NCBI GenBank assembly: GCA_963805975.1 | Contig: CAWDVR010000002.1 | Span: 96,001 to 160,000, forward strand | Direction of reading: 5' to 3' | Source of the DNA: an uncultured Acidobacteriota bacterium | Lineage (GTDB): Bacteria; Acidobacteriota; Thermoanaerobaculia; Multivoradales; SZUA-115 | DNA: 64,000 nucleotides | Shown here: one piece after another, positions 1 through 9,410 of the stretch | Layout: every line of letters begins with the position of its first letter | Position numbering within the stretch: the first letter of the stretch is position 1 | Made by a program: the position numbers and the translations under genes | Notes under the pieces: generated by a model | Seen by the model: only the letters and a program-made list of their open reading frames with translations | Told to the model about the DNA's origin: nothing | The model's database searches: none

Positions 1-55
1 CGACGCGATGAGTGGAAGGCTCGATGCACTGTGTTCTGCACCGTTAGACACGCGC

Positions 56-3000
56 TCAGGGCCTTTGTGGGGCCTCGACGATGCGGATGGCTTGGCGGCT
101 GGTGCTGAGCGCAACGGCTGTCAGGTCGGGCGCTTTTCCGCGCTGTAGAAAAGCCTCGTCGAGCAGCGGCGCAAGCGGCCCCAAGCGCTCGCGCTCGCCA
201 CGGCTGAGGCCGGAGAGCCGCGGCAAGCGCAGGGGCGAGAAGTCGATGGGCTCGGCGCTGGCGATCAGCAACAGCACATCGACCCCCAGAGGCTTGGTTA
301 CCTGAAATACCTCGTTCAAGGTCCGGGGCCTGGGCTTGGCACTTGCCCTTTCACGCGCTCCGGGAGGCGGCCAGATCACGGCGATGTCTCCATCGGACAT
401 CAAGTCGAGCACCGAGATGAAGGCGGCATCGTCACTGCCGGTGATCCGCAGCTCGAAGAGGCTGTCGAGCGGCAGCTCGATCTCCTCTCCGAGCGTGCGC
501 ACCTGTTCTCGCGGATGGGCGACTACGCGACAGCTCTGGCGCGTCCCCGTGGTCGGGTCGGGGCAGTCCAGGAAGTCGACCGGCACCACCTCGAGCTCGG
601 TGTGCAGGCGCGCATCGTACAAATCGAGCCGGCGCAGGTAGCGGTTCAGCGCCAGCCGGGGCGCGAGATCGGTCGCGGTGTCGCGGACCAGGAAAGCGCG
701 TGCCGTGACGAGCTCGTCGTAGGCCACCGGCGAGGCCAGCTCGGCAATCGCTTCGTAAGGGGAGGCCTCCGAGATGCGAGCACCGGTGAGTGGATCGCCG
801 ACCGCGGGCCCGGAGGCTCCTGCCGGATGGATCTCCAGCTCGGAGCCGACGGTGAGACCGGCCAGCAATCCAGGCCGCAGGCGGACCCATCGGTCCTTGC
901 CGGCGATCGGGATCACCGTAAAGTACGGCAGCTGCCACGTCATCGGGGCTTCCAGGAAAAGCGGGCTGTCGAGCACGCCCTCGGCCTGAAGAACATTCGA
1001 CACCTTGCCGCGCAAGGCGGCTCGGGCTCGCTCGGCCAGCTCGCGATAGGTGAGCGGCGGTGGATCCTGAGCCAGCTCCCGGCTGATCGCCCACGTCAGA
1101 CTGCCCACGCGTTCCAGGTCGTGGCGCTTCACTTCGAGCGCCCGCTCCCCGGAACGCGACGCGGAGAGCACGATCAAGGGCGCCAAGCCCTCTTCATGGA
1201 TTTTCATCCCGCGCACGCCGTCGACGAGCCCCGAGATCATGTCTTCGCCCCGCGCCCCGGTGCCGGAGTGGCAGGCGTCCAGCAGCACCACGACTTGCCC
1301 TGTCGGCCCCAATCGGCGGCGCAACCGCTCGAGCAGCTCGCCCAAAGCGTCGTCGCGCAGATAGCGCTCGATACCTTCGCCGAGCGCACCCGGAGCTTCG
1401 TCGACAGGGGCGTCATACGGCACCAGCGCTTCGTCATAGCCGTCGAGCTCGTCACCGGGCTCGTCGTCGGGCAGCAGGCGGCCGTGGCTCGCCACGAAGA
1501 GCAGCGCCAGGTCCCCAGGTCGACTGGGCTCGATCAGCGCTTGCTCGACGGCGCTCACGATCCCGGCGCGAGTGGCATCGCGATTCAGCAACTCGCGGAT
1601 CGCCGACGGCGAGAATCCTCGGCTCTCGAGCGTGGTTCGCATCAGCACCACGTCTTGCTCCGAGGCGATCCTGCGCCAACCACTGCCGGCGGGGTATTCA
1701 CCGATCCCGACCAGGAGAGCGCGCCTGGCGGCAGGGCCGCGAGCGGCCCGCGGCGCGGGCAGCACCGCCGCTTCCGGCTCGGGAGGAGGCGGGGCCATCT
1801 CACCCGTCAGCGTGAAGGCTCCCCAGAAATAAGGAGCTCGAAAACGCTCGTCCGCGAGCAGCGCCAGCTGCGCCTGGCGCAGGGCCTCGCTGGCCGGCTG
1901 GCCCGCACGCAGCAAGCGATAGAACGAGACGGTGAGCTCCGCCGCCGCGAGGTCGTCGATCTTCCACAAGGTGGAAACCACGGCCGGACTGCCGGAGTAG
2001 AGGATGGCGCGCGCCAGGCTGGCGACCTCGTCACCGGCGCTGCGCTTGCCGAGCGCGGTCTCACAGGCCGAGAGCATCACGAGATTGACGCCGGAAAGAT
2101 CCACGCCGCTCAGCAGCTCGTGCACCTCCAGATTGCCGTCCTGGGCCTCGTCCGGTGCCAGGGCGATGCGTGTGAACGAAGAGCTGTTGGCGTTGTAGAG
2201 CCCGTGGGCCGCCAAGTGAACGAGATCGATCTTGCCGCCGAGGCCGTGCAGCTTGCTCTCGGTGGCTTCGCCGTCCAGCCAAGGCCGAGTACCCCAGATC
2301 TCGGCCACTTGACGCGCTTCGGCAGCGGCACCCGGCAAGAGAGGCAGCCGAGGGTCGGTGGCGGCCGGTGCTCCCAGGACGAGCGCACGGCCCTCGAAGG
2401 AGGTTTCCTTGGCGCGCAGAAATGGCAAGGCACTCGCCGACGGCAGGTACGACAACGTGTAGTCCTCGAGCAGGTACCTGCCCGTGTCCGGGTCCCGCAG
2501 GGTGGCGAAGGGAAGGTAATGGAGCACGCCGTGCGGAACGAGCACCACCCTCGTGCTCCCGAGCTTGGTCTTGAGAGGTGAGAACAGCCGCCGGTAGAGC
2601 CTCGTCGCACGCTCGAGGTCATCCGGACAACCGGAGATCACCTCGGCACCCCGCGTGGCGCTGCCTGCGTCGCGACCGAGCGCCGCCGAAAAGCACAGCA
2701 CGTCTTCGATCCCTGCCGTGCCCAGGTCGAGCGCAACGTGCTCGAGGCTCGTCCGGTTGGCCACCCAGACATGGGCCCTTGTCCCCGAGATGAAATAGCT
2801 CACTAGGCTTTCCGCCGGTGCCAGGCTCTGCTGCACGGCAGCGAGGTCGAGCGGCTCGATGGTGACGAGCGCGGCGTACTCGGGGCTGGTGACTTTGATG
2901 CGTGTCATCAAACCCTCGAGATCCGCCTTGGCATGGCCGATGTCCCGTTCGAGGTGGAGGCGCTCGGCGCCGGCGGCCGACGGCAGCTCGCGCTCCCAGC

Positions 3001-4978
3001 GAGCGATCGCCTGGCGCAGTGCGCTGGCATGCTCGGTCAGCCCCAGGTCGCCACCTCCGGTCGCGGTGATACGCCGGTTCCCCAGCTGTTGCAAGAAGGC
3101 GCGGGCACGGGCGCGCTCGGCATAGGAGAACGCCTCCGACACTTGCCCCTGCTCGATCAGCATCTGGATGATGGCGTCGTAGAAGACGTGACGGCCGCTG
3201 CCGAGGTAAGAGGACAGGAGATCCGTGTGGCGCAGCTCCTGCGCACCCCGCTCCATCACGGCAATCGCCTGGCGCAGCGTCGTGAGAGCTTGCGCGTGCC
3301 TGCCCTCGCGATAGTCGAGTGTCGCCAGAGCGGCCGACAGCAGGGCCGTCAGATCGGCATTCTCGAGCTTGCGGGCCTCTCCCAGTGCGTTCGACCAGTG
3401 GCTACGCGCCAAGTCGATTTTTCCGCTCTCCAGGGCAGCGTGGCCAAGATGGAACTCGGAAACGAGGGTGAGCTCAACGGGTTGCGCGCGCCTCTCGGTA
3501 GCGCCGTTCTGGGGAGGCGCCGCGGAGGGTGCGGTTAGTGCGCGATGTAGCTGATCGCGCCAGGGATCTTGCCCCGGGATCCTCTGCAAGAGCTCGGACA
3601 GCCGGGCTCGCAGCTGCCCGGCGTCGAGGCCGCCCGGCTGCCCGCTTTGGATCTCCGCCAGCAGGCTCAGCAGAGCCTGTGCCGGCATCCACTCGCTCTC
3701 GACCGCGGCCGCTTGCCCGCGCTCCAGCATCGAGCGCGCGCTCGCCTCGGATGCCAGCATGAAATAGACCTCCACCAGGGCAGCACTGGACGCGGCCTCG
3801 AGCAGGACCTGACCCCGTTGGCCGAAGATCGCGACCGCCTCTTCGAGGAACCGCGCGGCGTCTCCATAAGCACCCCGCTGGTAGGCCAGCTGGCCACGAT
3901 CCGACTGAATCGTCGCCAGCCGTAGGGAGTTCCCGCTGGCGCGAGCGCGGCCCAGGGCCTCGACCAGCGTCTGCTCCGCCTGGTCGAAGAGGTTCTGGTC
4001 GAGGTAGAGCGTGGCGCGACTTTCGAGTACCGATGCGTGACGTGCCGAGTCGCCGTCCTCGGTGGCCAGGGCCAGCGCCCGGTCGTTCCAGGACAGTGCA
4101 GGCCCGAAGTGGCCGGCCAGGGCGTCGATCTCGGCCAGCCGCCGGAGCGCGGCGATCTGCATCCGATGGTCCTTGGCGAAGGAGAACAAGCTGAACATGC
4201 CGGCGTTCTCGAGCGACTTCTCCAGATGCGCCTTGGCTTCTTCGAGTCGCCACTGTTGCCGTCGCAGCTCACCCCAAGCACCATCCAGCGACGTCACGAA
4301 CAGCCCCCCGAGAAGCTCCGACTTCGCTTGTGCCTGCTCGAGCTCTTGCTCGGCCTCCTCGATCCGGCCCAGGTCCAGGAGCACGAACACCCTTTCACCG
4401 CGCGCCGCTCCCTCCATCACGCTTGCCAGCATAGGTGTTATCAGCGCCAGCATCGGCCCGGCTCCTTCGAGCTGGCCGGTGGGGGCACCAAACAGTCGCC
4501 CCATCGCCAGGAAGCCCTCGAGCGAGGCCGGGCGCCCGGCAAGAGTGAGCTGATGGAGCTGCTCGATCGCGCTGTTGAAATGTGCCAACGCCCTCTCGCT
4601 GTGCCCCAACATGCGATCGGACATTCCCTGTATCACCAGCACCATGCTGGCGGCAAAGAGGTCGCCGCTACTGGCGAAGCGCGCCGACGACGCCTCGAAA
4701 TCCGCCGCCGCGCGGCGCTCGTCTTCTGCGGCGAGCGCGGTCAGTCCACGCACCAAAAGCGCCAGCGCCTCTCCTTGGCCATCGCCGATGCTGCGATAGA
4801 GCTCCAAGGCCTGCTCCACGCCTGCGACCGACTCTACCGAGCCCTGGAGCGCCCGCTGGACCTGGTCGCTCAGCAAGGCTTCGGCCCGTGCACGAATCTC
4901 CTCGGGAGATTCCGCCGCGAGTGGAACCGTGAGCAGGGTGAAGACGATGGACAGTGAAACCACGGTGGATCTCGACAT
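56..4978 (-). CDS. Exported TPR-CHAT protease fused to a C14 caspase domain and a C-terminal DUF4384-like domain
   Basis: N-terminal signal-like MSRSTVVSLSIVFTLLTVPLAA; long TPR-like helical region; CHAT dyad DLVHLAAHG...LVMLSACET and end motif PYFWGAF; second caspase-type domain RRALLVGI...LFVASHG...VLLDACHSG; C-terminal beta domain (FISVLDLMSDGDIAVIWP). Confidence 0.88.
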   Translation of the reverse strand: MSRSTVVSLSIVFTLLTVPLAAESPEEIRARAEALLSDQVQRALQGSVESVAGVEQALELYRSIGDGQGEALALLVRGLTALAAEDERRAAADFEASSARFASSGDLFAASMVLVIQGMSDRMLGHSERALAHFNSAIEQLHQLTLAGRPASLEGFLAMGRLFGAPTGQLEGAGPMLALITPMLASVMEGAARGERVFVLLDLGRIEEAEQELEQAQAKSELLGGLFVTSLDGAWGELRRQQWRLEEAKAHLEKSLENAGMFSLFSFAKDHRMQIAALRRLAEIDALAGHFGPALSWNDRALALATEDGDSARHASVLESRATLYLDQNLFDQAEQTLVEALGRARASGNSLRLATIQSDRGQLAYQRGAYGDAARFLEEAVAIFGQRGQVLLEAASSAALVEVYFMLASEASARSMLERGQAAAVESEWMPAQALLSLLAEIQSGQPGGLDAGQLRARLSELLQRIPGQDPWRDQLHRALTAPSAAPPQNGATERRAQPVELTLVSEFHLGHAALESGKIDLARSHWSNALGEARKLENADLTALLSAALATLDYREGRHAQALTTLRQAIAVMERGAQELRHTDLLSSYLGSGRHVFYDAIIQMLIEQGQVSEAFSYAERARARAFLQQLGNRRITATGGGDLGLTEHASALRQAIARWERELPSAAGAERLHLERDIGHAKADLEGLMTRIKVTSPEYAALVTIEPLDLAAVQQSLAPAESLVSYFISGTRAHVWVANRTSLEHVALDLGTAGIEDVLCFSAALGRDAGSATRGAEVISGCPDDLERATRLYRRLFSPLKTKLGSTRVVLVPHGVLHYLPFATLRDPDTGRYLLEDYTLSYLPSASALPFLRAKETSFEGRALVLGAPAATDPRLPLLPGAAAEARQVAEIWGTRPWLDGEATESKLHGLGGKIDLVHLAAHGLYNANSSSFTRIALAPDEAQDGNLEVHELLSGVDLSGVNLVMLSACETALGKRSAGDEVASLARAILYSGSPAVVSTLWKIDDLAAAELTVSFYRLLRAGQPASEALRQAQLALLADERFRAPYFWGAFTLTGEMAPPPPEPEAAVLPAPRAARGPAARRALLVGIGEYPAGSGWRRIASEQDVVLMRTTLESRGFSPSAIRELLNRDATRAGIVSAVEQALIEPSRPGDLALLFVASHGRLLPDDEPGDELDGYDEALVPYDAPVDEAPGALGEGIERYLRDDALGELLERLRRRLGPTGQVVVLLDACHSGTGARGEDMISGLVDGVRGMKIHEEGLAPLIVLSASRSGERALEVKRHDLERVGSLTWAISRELAQDPPPLTYRELAERARAALRGKVSNVLQAEGVLDSPLFLEAPMTWQLPYFTVIPIAGKDRWVRLRPGLLAGLTVGSELEIHPAGASGPAVGDPLTGARISEASPYEAIAELASPVAYDELVTARAFLVRDTATDLAPRLALNRYLRRLDLYDARLHTELEVVPVDFLDCPDPTTGTRQSCRVVAHPREQVRTLGEEIELPLDSLFELRITGSDDAAFISVLDLMSDGDIAVIWPPPGARERASAKPRPRTLNEVFQVTKPLGVDVLLLIASAEPIDFSPLRLPRLSGLSRGERERLGPLAPLLDEAFLQRGKAPDLTAVALSTSRQAIRIVEAPQRP

Positions 4979-5002
4979 GGATGACCTCTCGGTTCGCCGA
5001 GC

Positions 5003-7771
5003 TCAGCGAGACAGGACGAAAGCGCCCGCTCCGAGGACAGCATCGACGAGCGAACGCGTGCGGCGGAGCCGGATCAGCTCCTCGCGCTGCACCTCTGCAA
5101 ACGCCCGCCGGGGGTCGGAGGTCGCGAAGAGTCGCGGATAGAAGCGCTCCATGAAGGCGTAGGCATCGGCATCATGGATCCGCCAAAGTGAGAACAGCAG
5201 GTGTTGTGCACCCGCGAGCCGGAAGCCGTGACGAAGCCCCAGTACCCCTTCTCCATTCGGCGCCTCTCCCAGGCCCGTTTCACAGGCCGACAAGACGCAG
5301 AGCCAGGTGCGCGTGAGGTCCAGGCCGGCGATCTCGTCGGCGTTCAGGAAACCGTCGTGGTCCGGCGCGAGGGCTTCTGCACTCTCCGGCTTCTGCTGGG
5401 CGAGGTGGAGGTAGCCCCGCAGCAGGGGAGAGCGAGCGCTGGCCGGCGCCGCCGTGGACGGTAATCGCAGGAAGCTGCCGTGAGTTGCAAAGTGCAGGAC
5501 ACGCGCCGACGGTTGTCGCGCAACCACCTCTTCACGGGCCTGGTCACCAGTCAGCACACGAGCCTGCCAGCCCTGTTGCTTGGCCACGGACGCCACGAAA
5601 CGGGCCTCGCTTTCGGGCAATGCCAGCCGCGCGTCGTTTCTCCCGACGGCCAGCAGCGTCTTCTCGGCTGCCGACACAGCCGGCTGGAGAAGCTGGCGGC
5701 CGGAGGTGATGTACAGGATAGTGAAGTCTTCGGCGACGAAGCGATCATCCTCTCCCGGCAGTGCGGCCCACGGCACGAAGTGTAGCGCTGCGTCCGGGCT
5801 GAGGATGACAGCTTGCGTGCCTTCCGGAAGCGCCGTGGCCAAGGGCTGCCAGAACCGACGATGGAGCCGGCGCAGGGTGGCGAGAAAAGCCTCGGTGTCC
5901 TCACACGGCCCGGAAGCCTCCGAGCCGCGCCCGCGGATCGCCAGGCAATCTCCCAGCCGGGCGATCTGCTCTTCGATCTCGGCTGCGGCTCCCAGCAGAA
6001 TCCAGCGTGGGCTCCGGTTGGCGGAGATGAGCAACGCCCCATAGTGCGGTACCAGCCGGCGGTTGGCATCCAACTGCTCGAAGCGCACCATCTCGATCAA
6101 GACCTGCCGTGGCTCAAGGGCTGCCTGCACGCGCTCGAGGTCGACGTCGAACACCCGCTCGACCACCGGCATGCTCAGCGACTTGGCGAGCGCCGTCTCC
6201 TCCGCTTCGAGCCTGCGCTCCAGGAGCTCGAAGCCGGGGACGTCGACCTTCTTGCCGGTGCCCTCGCCGAGCTTGGCCATGAGCTCCCGCTTGAGGGCGC
6301 GGATGCGGTCCAATCGCTCGCGGTCGCCCGCCTGTGTGCTGCGCCGCGCCAAGGCGCGCTCGTAGAACAACGATGCAGAGACGGCTCCCTTCATCGTCAG
6401 CACGGCGTCGGCGAGCGGACGTGGCTCGCCCAGGTTCGCCAGCAGGTCATACGGGAACGTCTGTTTCCGATAGCTCAAGCGCTGGGCCTCGGAGCCAAAG
6501 CTCAGGATCTGTCCCAGGTGCTTCCGGTCGAGCACCATCGCCGCTTCGGCAAGTTTCCTGGCCTGATCCGAATCGCCACGCTGCTGCGCGATCACGGCCC
6601 GCCCTTTCATCAGGGCCGCCGAGAGCGGGTGCTGTTGCGATCCGTGAGCGGCCCACAGATTCTCGGCACGTAGCAGAAGCTGATCCGCCTCGGCGAGATC
6701 GTTCTCGGCCAGCGCCATCATCGCGAGATTCGACAGCGAGGCCACCAGCTTGGCCGGCGCGGTGCCGGCCTGGGCTTCGAGAATCGCCAGCGCTTCTCCC
6801 AGATGTTGCTTCGCCCGGCCGACATCACCGGCTTCGAGGGCAACCAGCGCGAGGTTTCCCAGCACGGTTGCTCGCTCTTCGCTTTTCGGGTGCGTGAGAT
6901 CGACCGCCTGCAGCAATCTCGCCTCGGCCTCCTGGAATCGCTCGAGGCCACGCAGGGCCTCGCCGAGATCGTTGAACAGAGCGAGCCGAACCTTGGCATC
7001 GGGTGCGGGCGAGCCTGCCAGGAGCTTCTCGTCGATCGCGCGGGCCCGCTCGTGATCGCCCATCGTCAGACGCAGCGCTGCCCAGTTGTGCTGGGTGATC
7101 ACGAGCTCTCTTGTCCGACTTGGCCCGAGCCCCTCGAGCAAGGCGATCGCTTCGAGGTAGGCGGCATCGGCCTGCTCCCAATCTCCCAAATGGGTAGCCG
7201 CGCTGGCCAGGTTCTGCCAGACAATCGCCCGCTCGGCTGCGCGGGATGGCGCGGGCAGAGCTTCTAAGGCGCGGGCGAAGATCTCGGCTGCCGCATCGAT
7301 CTCGCCCCACTGGAGGCGGATCATGCCCATGTTGTTGTAGAGCCAGCCGAGGTCCGGGCGCCCCGCGACCTGTGCTTCGAGGATGCGTCGCGCCTGCTCG
7401 TAGTAGGTCTGGGCACGGTCGAGATCGCCGATGGCGCCGTAGAGCTGTGCCAGAAAACCGAGGCTGCGTCCGACTGCGGCACTGTTCTCACCCTGAAGAG
7501 TGCGTGCTGCCTGCGTGAGCACCTCGAGCGCGGGAATCGCCGCCGCCGCGGATTCGCGGGGCACGGCGGGCAGCCCTGGGATGTTCACAAAGCCGCCGCC
7601 TTCTCCTGCTGCAGCGGCGGGTATGGGCCTGCGGGCTTCGAGTCGCTCGGCCGCTGTGCGGGTAGCCCGGACAGCCCAGATCAACACTCCCGTGCCCAGG
7701 ACTAGCAGAGGCAACAGGCAGCCCAGGCAGAACACCTTGAGCACGCGCCGCAGCCGTATCGCCTTGCTCAT
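5003..7771 (-). CDS. Membrane-anchored TPR-CHAT protease
   Basis: Basic N-terminus then hydrophobic TM; kinesin-light-chain-like TPRs (WLYNNMG, WQNLAS, LFNDLG, LSNLA); CHAT dyad VLHFATHG...VLSACETGLG; ATG 7771 chosen, GTG 7786 is an alternative. Confidence 0.88.
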   Translation of the reverse strand: MSKAIRLRRVLKVFCLGCLLPLLVLGTGVLIWAVRATRTAAERLEARRPIPAAAAGEGGGFVNIPGLPAVPRESAAAAIPALEVLTQAARTLQGENSAAVGRSLGFLAQLYGAIGDLDRAQTYYEQARRILEAQVAGRPDLGWLYNNMGMIRLQWGEIDAAAEIFARALEALPAPSRAAERAIVWQNLASAATHLGDWEQADAAYLEAIALLEGLGPSRTRELVITQHNWAALRLTMGDHERARAIDEKLLAGSPAPDAKVRLALFNDLGEALRGLERFQEAEARLLQAVDLTHPKSEERATVLGNLALVALEAGDVGRAKQHLGEALAILEAQAGTAPAKLVASLSNLAMMALAENDLAEADQLLLRAENLWAAHGSQQHPLSAALMKGRAVIAQQRGDSDQARKLAEAAMVLDRKHLGQILSFGSEAQRLSYRKQTFPYDLLANLGEPRPLADAVLTMKGAVSASLFYERALARRSTQAGDRERLDRIRALKRELMAKLGEGTGKKVDVPGFELLERRLEAEETALAKSLSMPVVERVFDVDLERVQAALEPRQVLIEMVRFEQLDANRRLVPHYGALLISANRSPRWILLGAAAEIEEQIARLGDCLAIRGRGSEASGPCEDTEAFLATLRRLHRRFWQPLATALPEGTQAVILSPDAALHFVPWAALPGEDDRFVAEDFTILYITSGRQLLQPAVSAAEKTLLAVGRNDARLALPESEARFVASVAKQQGWQARVLTGDQAREEVVARQPSARVLHFATHGSFLRLPSTAAPASARSPLLRGYLHLAQQKPESAEALAPDHDGFLNADEIAGLDLTRTWLCVLSACETGLGEAPNGEGVLGLRHGFRLAGAQHLLFSLWRIHDADAYAFMERFYPRLFATSDPRRAFAEVQREELIRLRRTRSLVDAVLGAGAFVLSR

Positions 7772-7794
7772 CCTCGTGCCTTCCACGCTTCCGA

Positions 7795-7823
7795 AGACAC
7801 GCCAAGAGCACTTTCAGGGGGTG
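7795..7823 (-). promoter_or_regulatory. Candidate ECF-type promoter CACCCCC-N16-GTGTCT
   Basis: Intergenic, just upstream of the 7771 CHAT gene; same GTGTCT -10-like hexamer as the other motifs in the window. Confidence 0.35.
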
Positions 7824-7832
7824 CGGCCGGAC

Positions 7833-8642
7833 CTATGCGGGCGGAATCTCGATCCGGTCGGCGAAGACCTGCGCTTCCGTTCCGGACGAAGAGATACCGA
7901 CGACACGGATCTCGTAGCGCCCCGGGGCCAGCGCCGCCCTGGAAAGGGCCACTGAAAAAGTGGCATCGGGCAGCAGCTTCAGCCCTGACCGGCTCCACAG
8001 AGGCTGCTCTCCCATGCGATCCATCGAGCGCACTTCCAGACGGTAGTCGTCGTAGGGTTGTGGATCCAGAGTCGCCAGCTGGAGAAAGAGCACATCGCCG
8101 CTCCCTTCCAGTCGTCGGGGCGCGACCTCCACGGGTGAGGAGCCACGCGGTGCCAGCGGTGCCAATCGGTGGAATTCGACATTGATCTGAACGCCCGAGG
8201 TCGCGGCCAGGCGCTGCTCAGCCCCCAGTCGCCCGGCCCGCTCCTGATACCCCCAGAGCGCGAGCCCCAGGATCGCCAACAGCGAGGCTGCCAGCAGGGC
8301 GAGAGCGGGAAGACGGCGATCTCGACGGTCCGGCCCACGCTGCCGCGCACCGGACCGGATGCGGCCCTGGATCTTCTTCCAATCCTGCGCCAGCTCCTCG
8401 GGCGATAGATGACCGGGCTCCCCTCGAGTCGCGGCGGGAGGAAAGGCGGCGAATTGGCTCGCCAGCAGCGCAGCTTCCGGATCGAGGGCAATCGCCTCTT
8501 CGACCCGCTCGCGCTCTTCTGCGGCGAGCTCGTCATTGAGGTATGCGAAAATATCTTCGGCACTAACCTTCATTTCGGGTCGCCGGCGCAGCTCGGCGGC
8601 CAAACCCTCGAGAGCGACCGAAAGTTCTTTGTTTCGCTTCAC
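7833..8642 (-). CDS. Putative transmembrane anti-sigma factor
   Basis: Directly downstream of the ECF sigma; zf-HC2-like N-terminus (EDIFAYLNDELAAEERERVEEAIALDPEA), single TM, Ig-like extracytoplasmic C-terminus (LAPGRYEIRV). Confidence 0.75.
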   Translation of the reverse strand: MKRNKELSVALEGLAAELRRRPEMKVSAEDIFAYLNDELAAEERERVEEAIALDPEAALLASQFAAFPPAATRGEPGHLSPEELAQDWKKIQGRIRSGARQRGPDRRDRRLPALALLAASLLAILGLALWGYQERAGRLGAEQRLAATSGVQINVEFHRLAPLAPRGSSPVEVAPRRLEGSGDVLFLQLATLDPQPYDDYRLEVRSMDRMGEQPLWSRSGLKLLPDATFSVALSRAALAPGRYEIRVVGISSSGTEAQVFADRIEIPPA

Positions 8643-8665
8643 GGCGTCTCCTCCCCTTCCTCGGA

Positions 8666-9223
8666 CTAGTCGAGGCGCAGCCGCGTGCCGCTCAGCATCC
8701 GTTTCAGGGTCTTCAGAGCATCATGGCGCAGACTCTTGACCGTCTCGACCGAGATCGCAAGCAGCTCCGCGATCTCTTTGTAGCTGTGATCCTGATTCTG
8801 CAGCAGGATCACGTGTCGCTGACGGGGCGAGAGCTCCTTGATCGCAGTCCGCAGCAGCCCGAGTGCCTCTTCGATCTCCAGCTTCTTGTCGGCCGGCATA
8901 TCCTGACTTAGCAGCTGCCAAGAAATCAGCATTTCGCCCGGCAAGCTCGATTCCGCATCGATTGCAACCCTCTGACCACTACGCATCTTGGCTCTCCGGT
9001 AGCGAATCTCGTTGGACCAGACGCCGTGGATGATCGTAAAGAGCCATGTCTTCTCGGAAGATTCGTCGCGGAACGTGCCACGGTATTGATAGACACGTAC
9101 AAAAACATCTTGTGCTAGATCGCGAGCCTCGTCCTTGGAGCAGCCGCGGGCGACAAAGAAAGCCACGACGCGCGGATACCACGCCGCATAGAAGCGTTCG
9201 AACCACTGGTCATCTCTGTTCAC
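8666..9223 (-). CDS. ECF-family RNA polymerase sigma factor
   Basis: Region 2 ARDLAQDVFVRVY...TWLFTI; region 4.2 LSPRQRHVILL...SYKEIAELLAISVETVKS; 185 aa. Confidence 0.93.
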   Translation of the reverse strand: MNRDDQWFERFYAAWYPRVVAFFVARGCSKDEARDLAQDVFVRVYQYRGTFRDESSEKTWLFTIIHGVWSNEIRYRRAKMRSGQRVAIDAESSLPGEMLISWQLLSQDMPADKKLEIEEALGLLRTAIKELSPRQRHVILLQNQDHSYKEIAELLAISVETVKSLRHDALKTLKRMLSGTRLRLD

Positions 9224-9410
9224 GGGCCCTCCGCTGAATCGATCCTAGCAGTATTCCGCCAGCCCTCTTCGTGCTGGGTTGGCAACCTTCGAGCACGCAC
9301 ACTTTCTGCTAGCCTCTGAGAAAGCAATTTCGACCATCCAAGATGCAGCCTGCCCCCTCGCCAGCGACGCTCTGGAACTGACCGGCATTGCCGTGGAGGT
9401 ATCTAGATCC

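Noticed and set aside
9091-9117. ACAA-N13-GTGTCTATC on the minus strand inside the sigma gene
   Set aside because: Lies in the conserved region-2 coding sequence (AQDVFVRVY) with a poor -35 match; probably coincidental
9281-9307. GGCAAC-N17-TTCT upstream of the plus-strand CHAT
   Set aside because: Only a partial match (lacks the AA and GTG of the motif); could be a weak site but is not supportable
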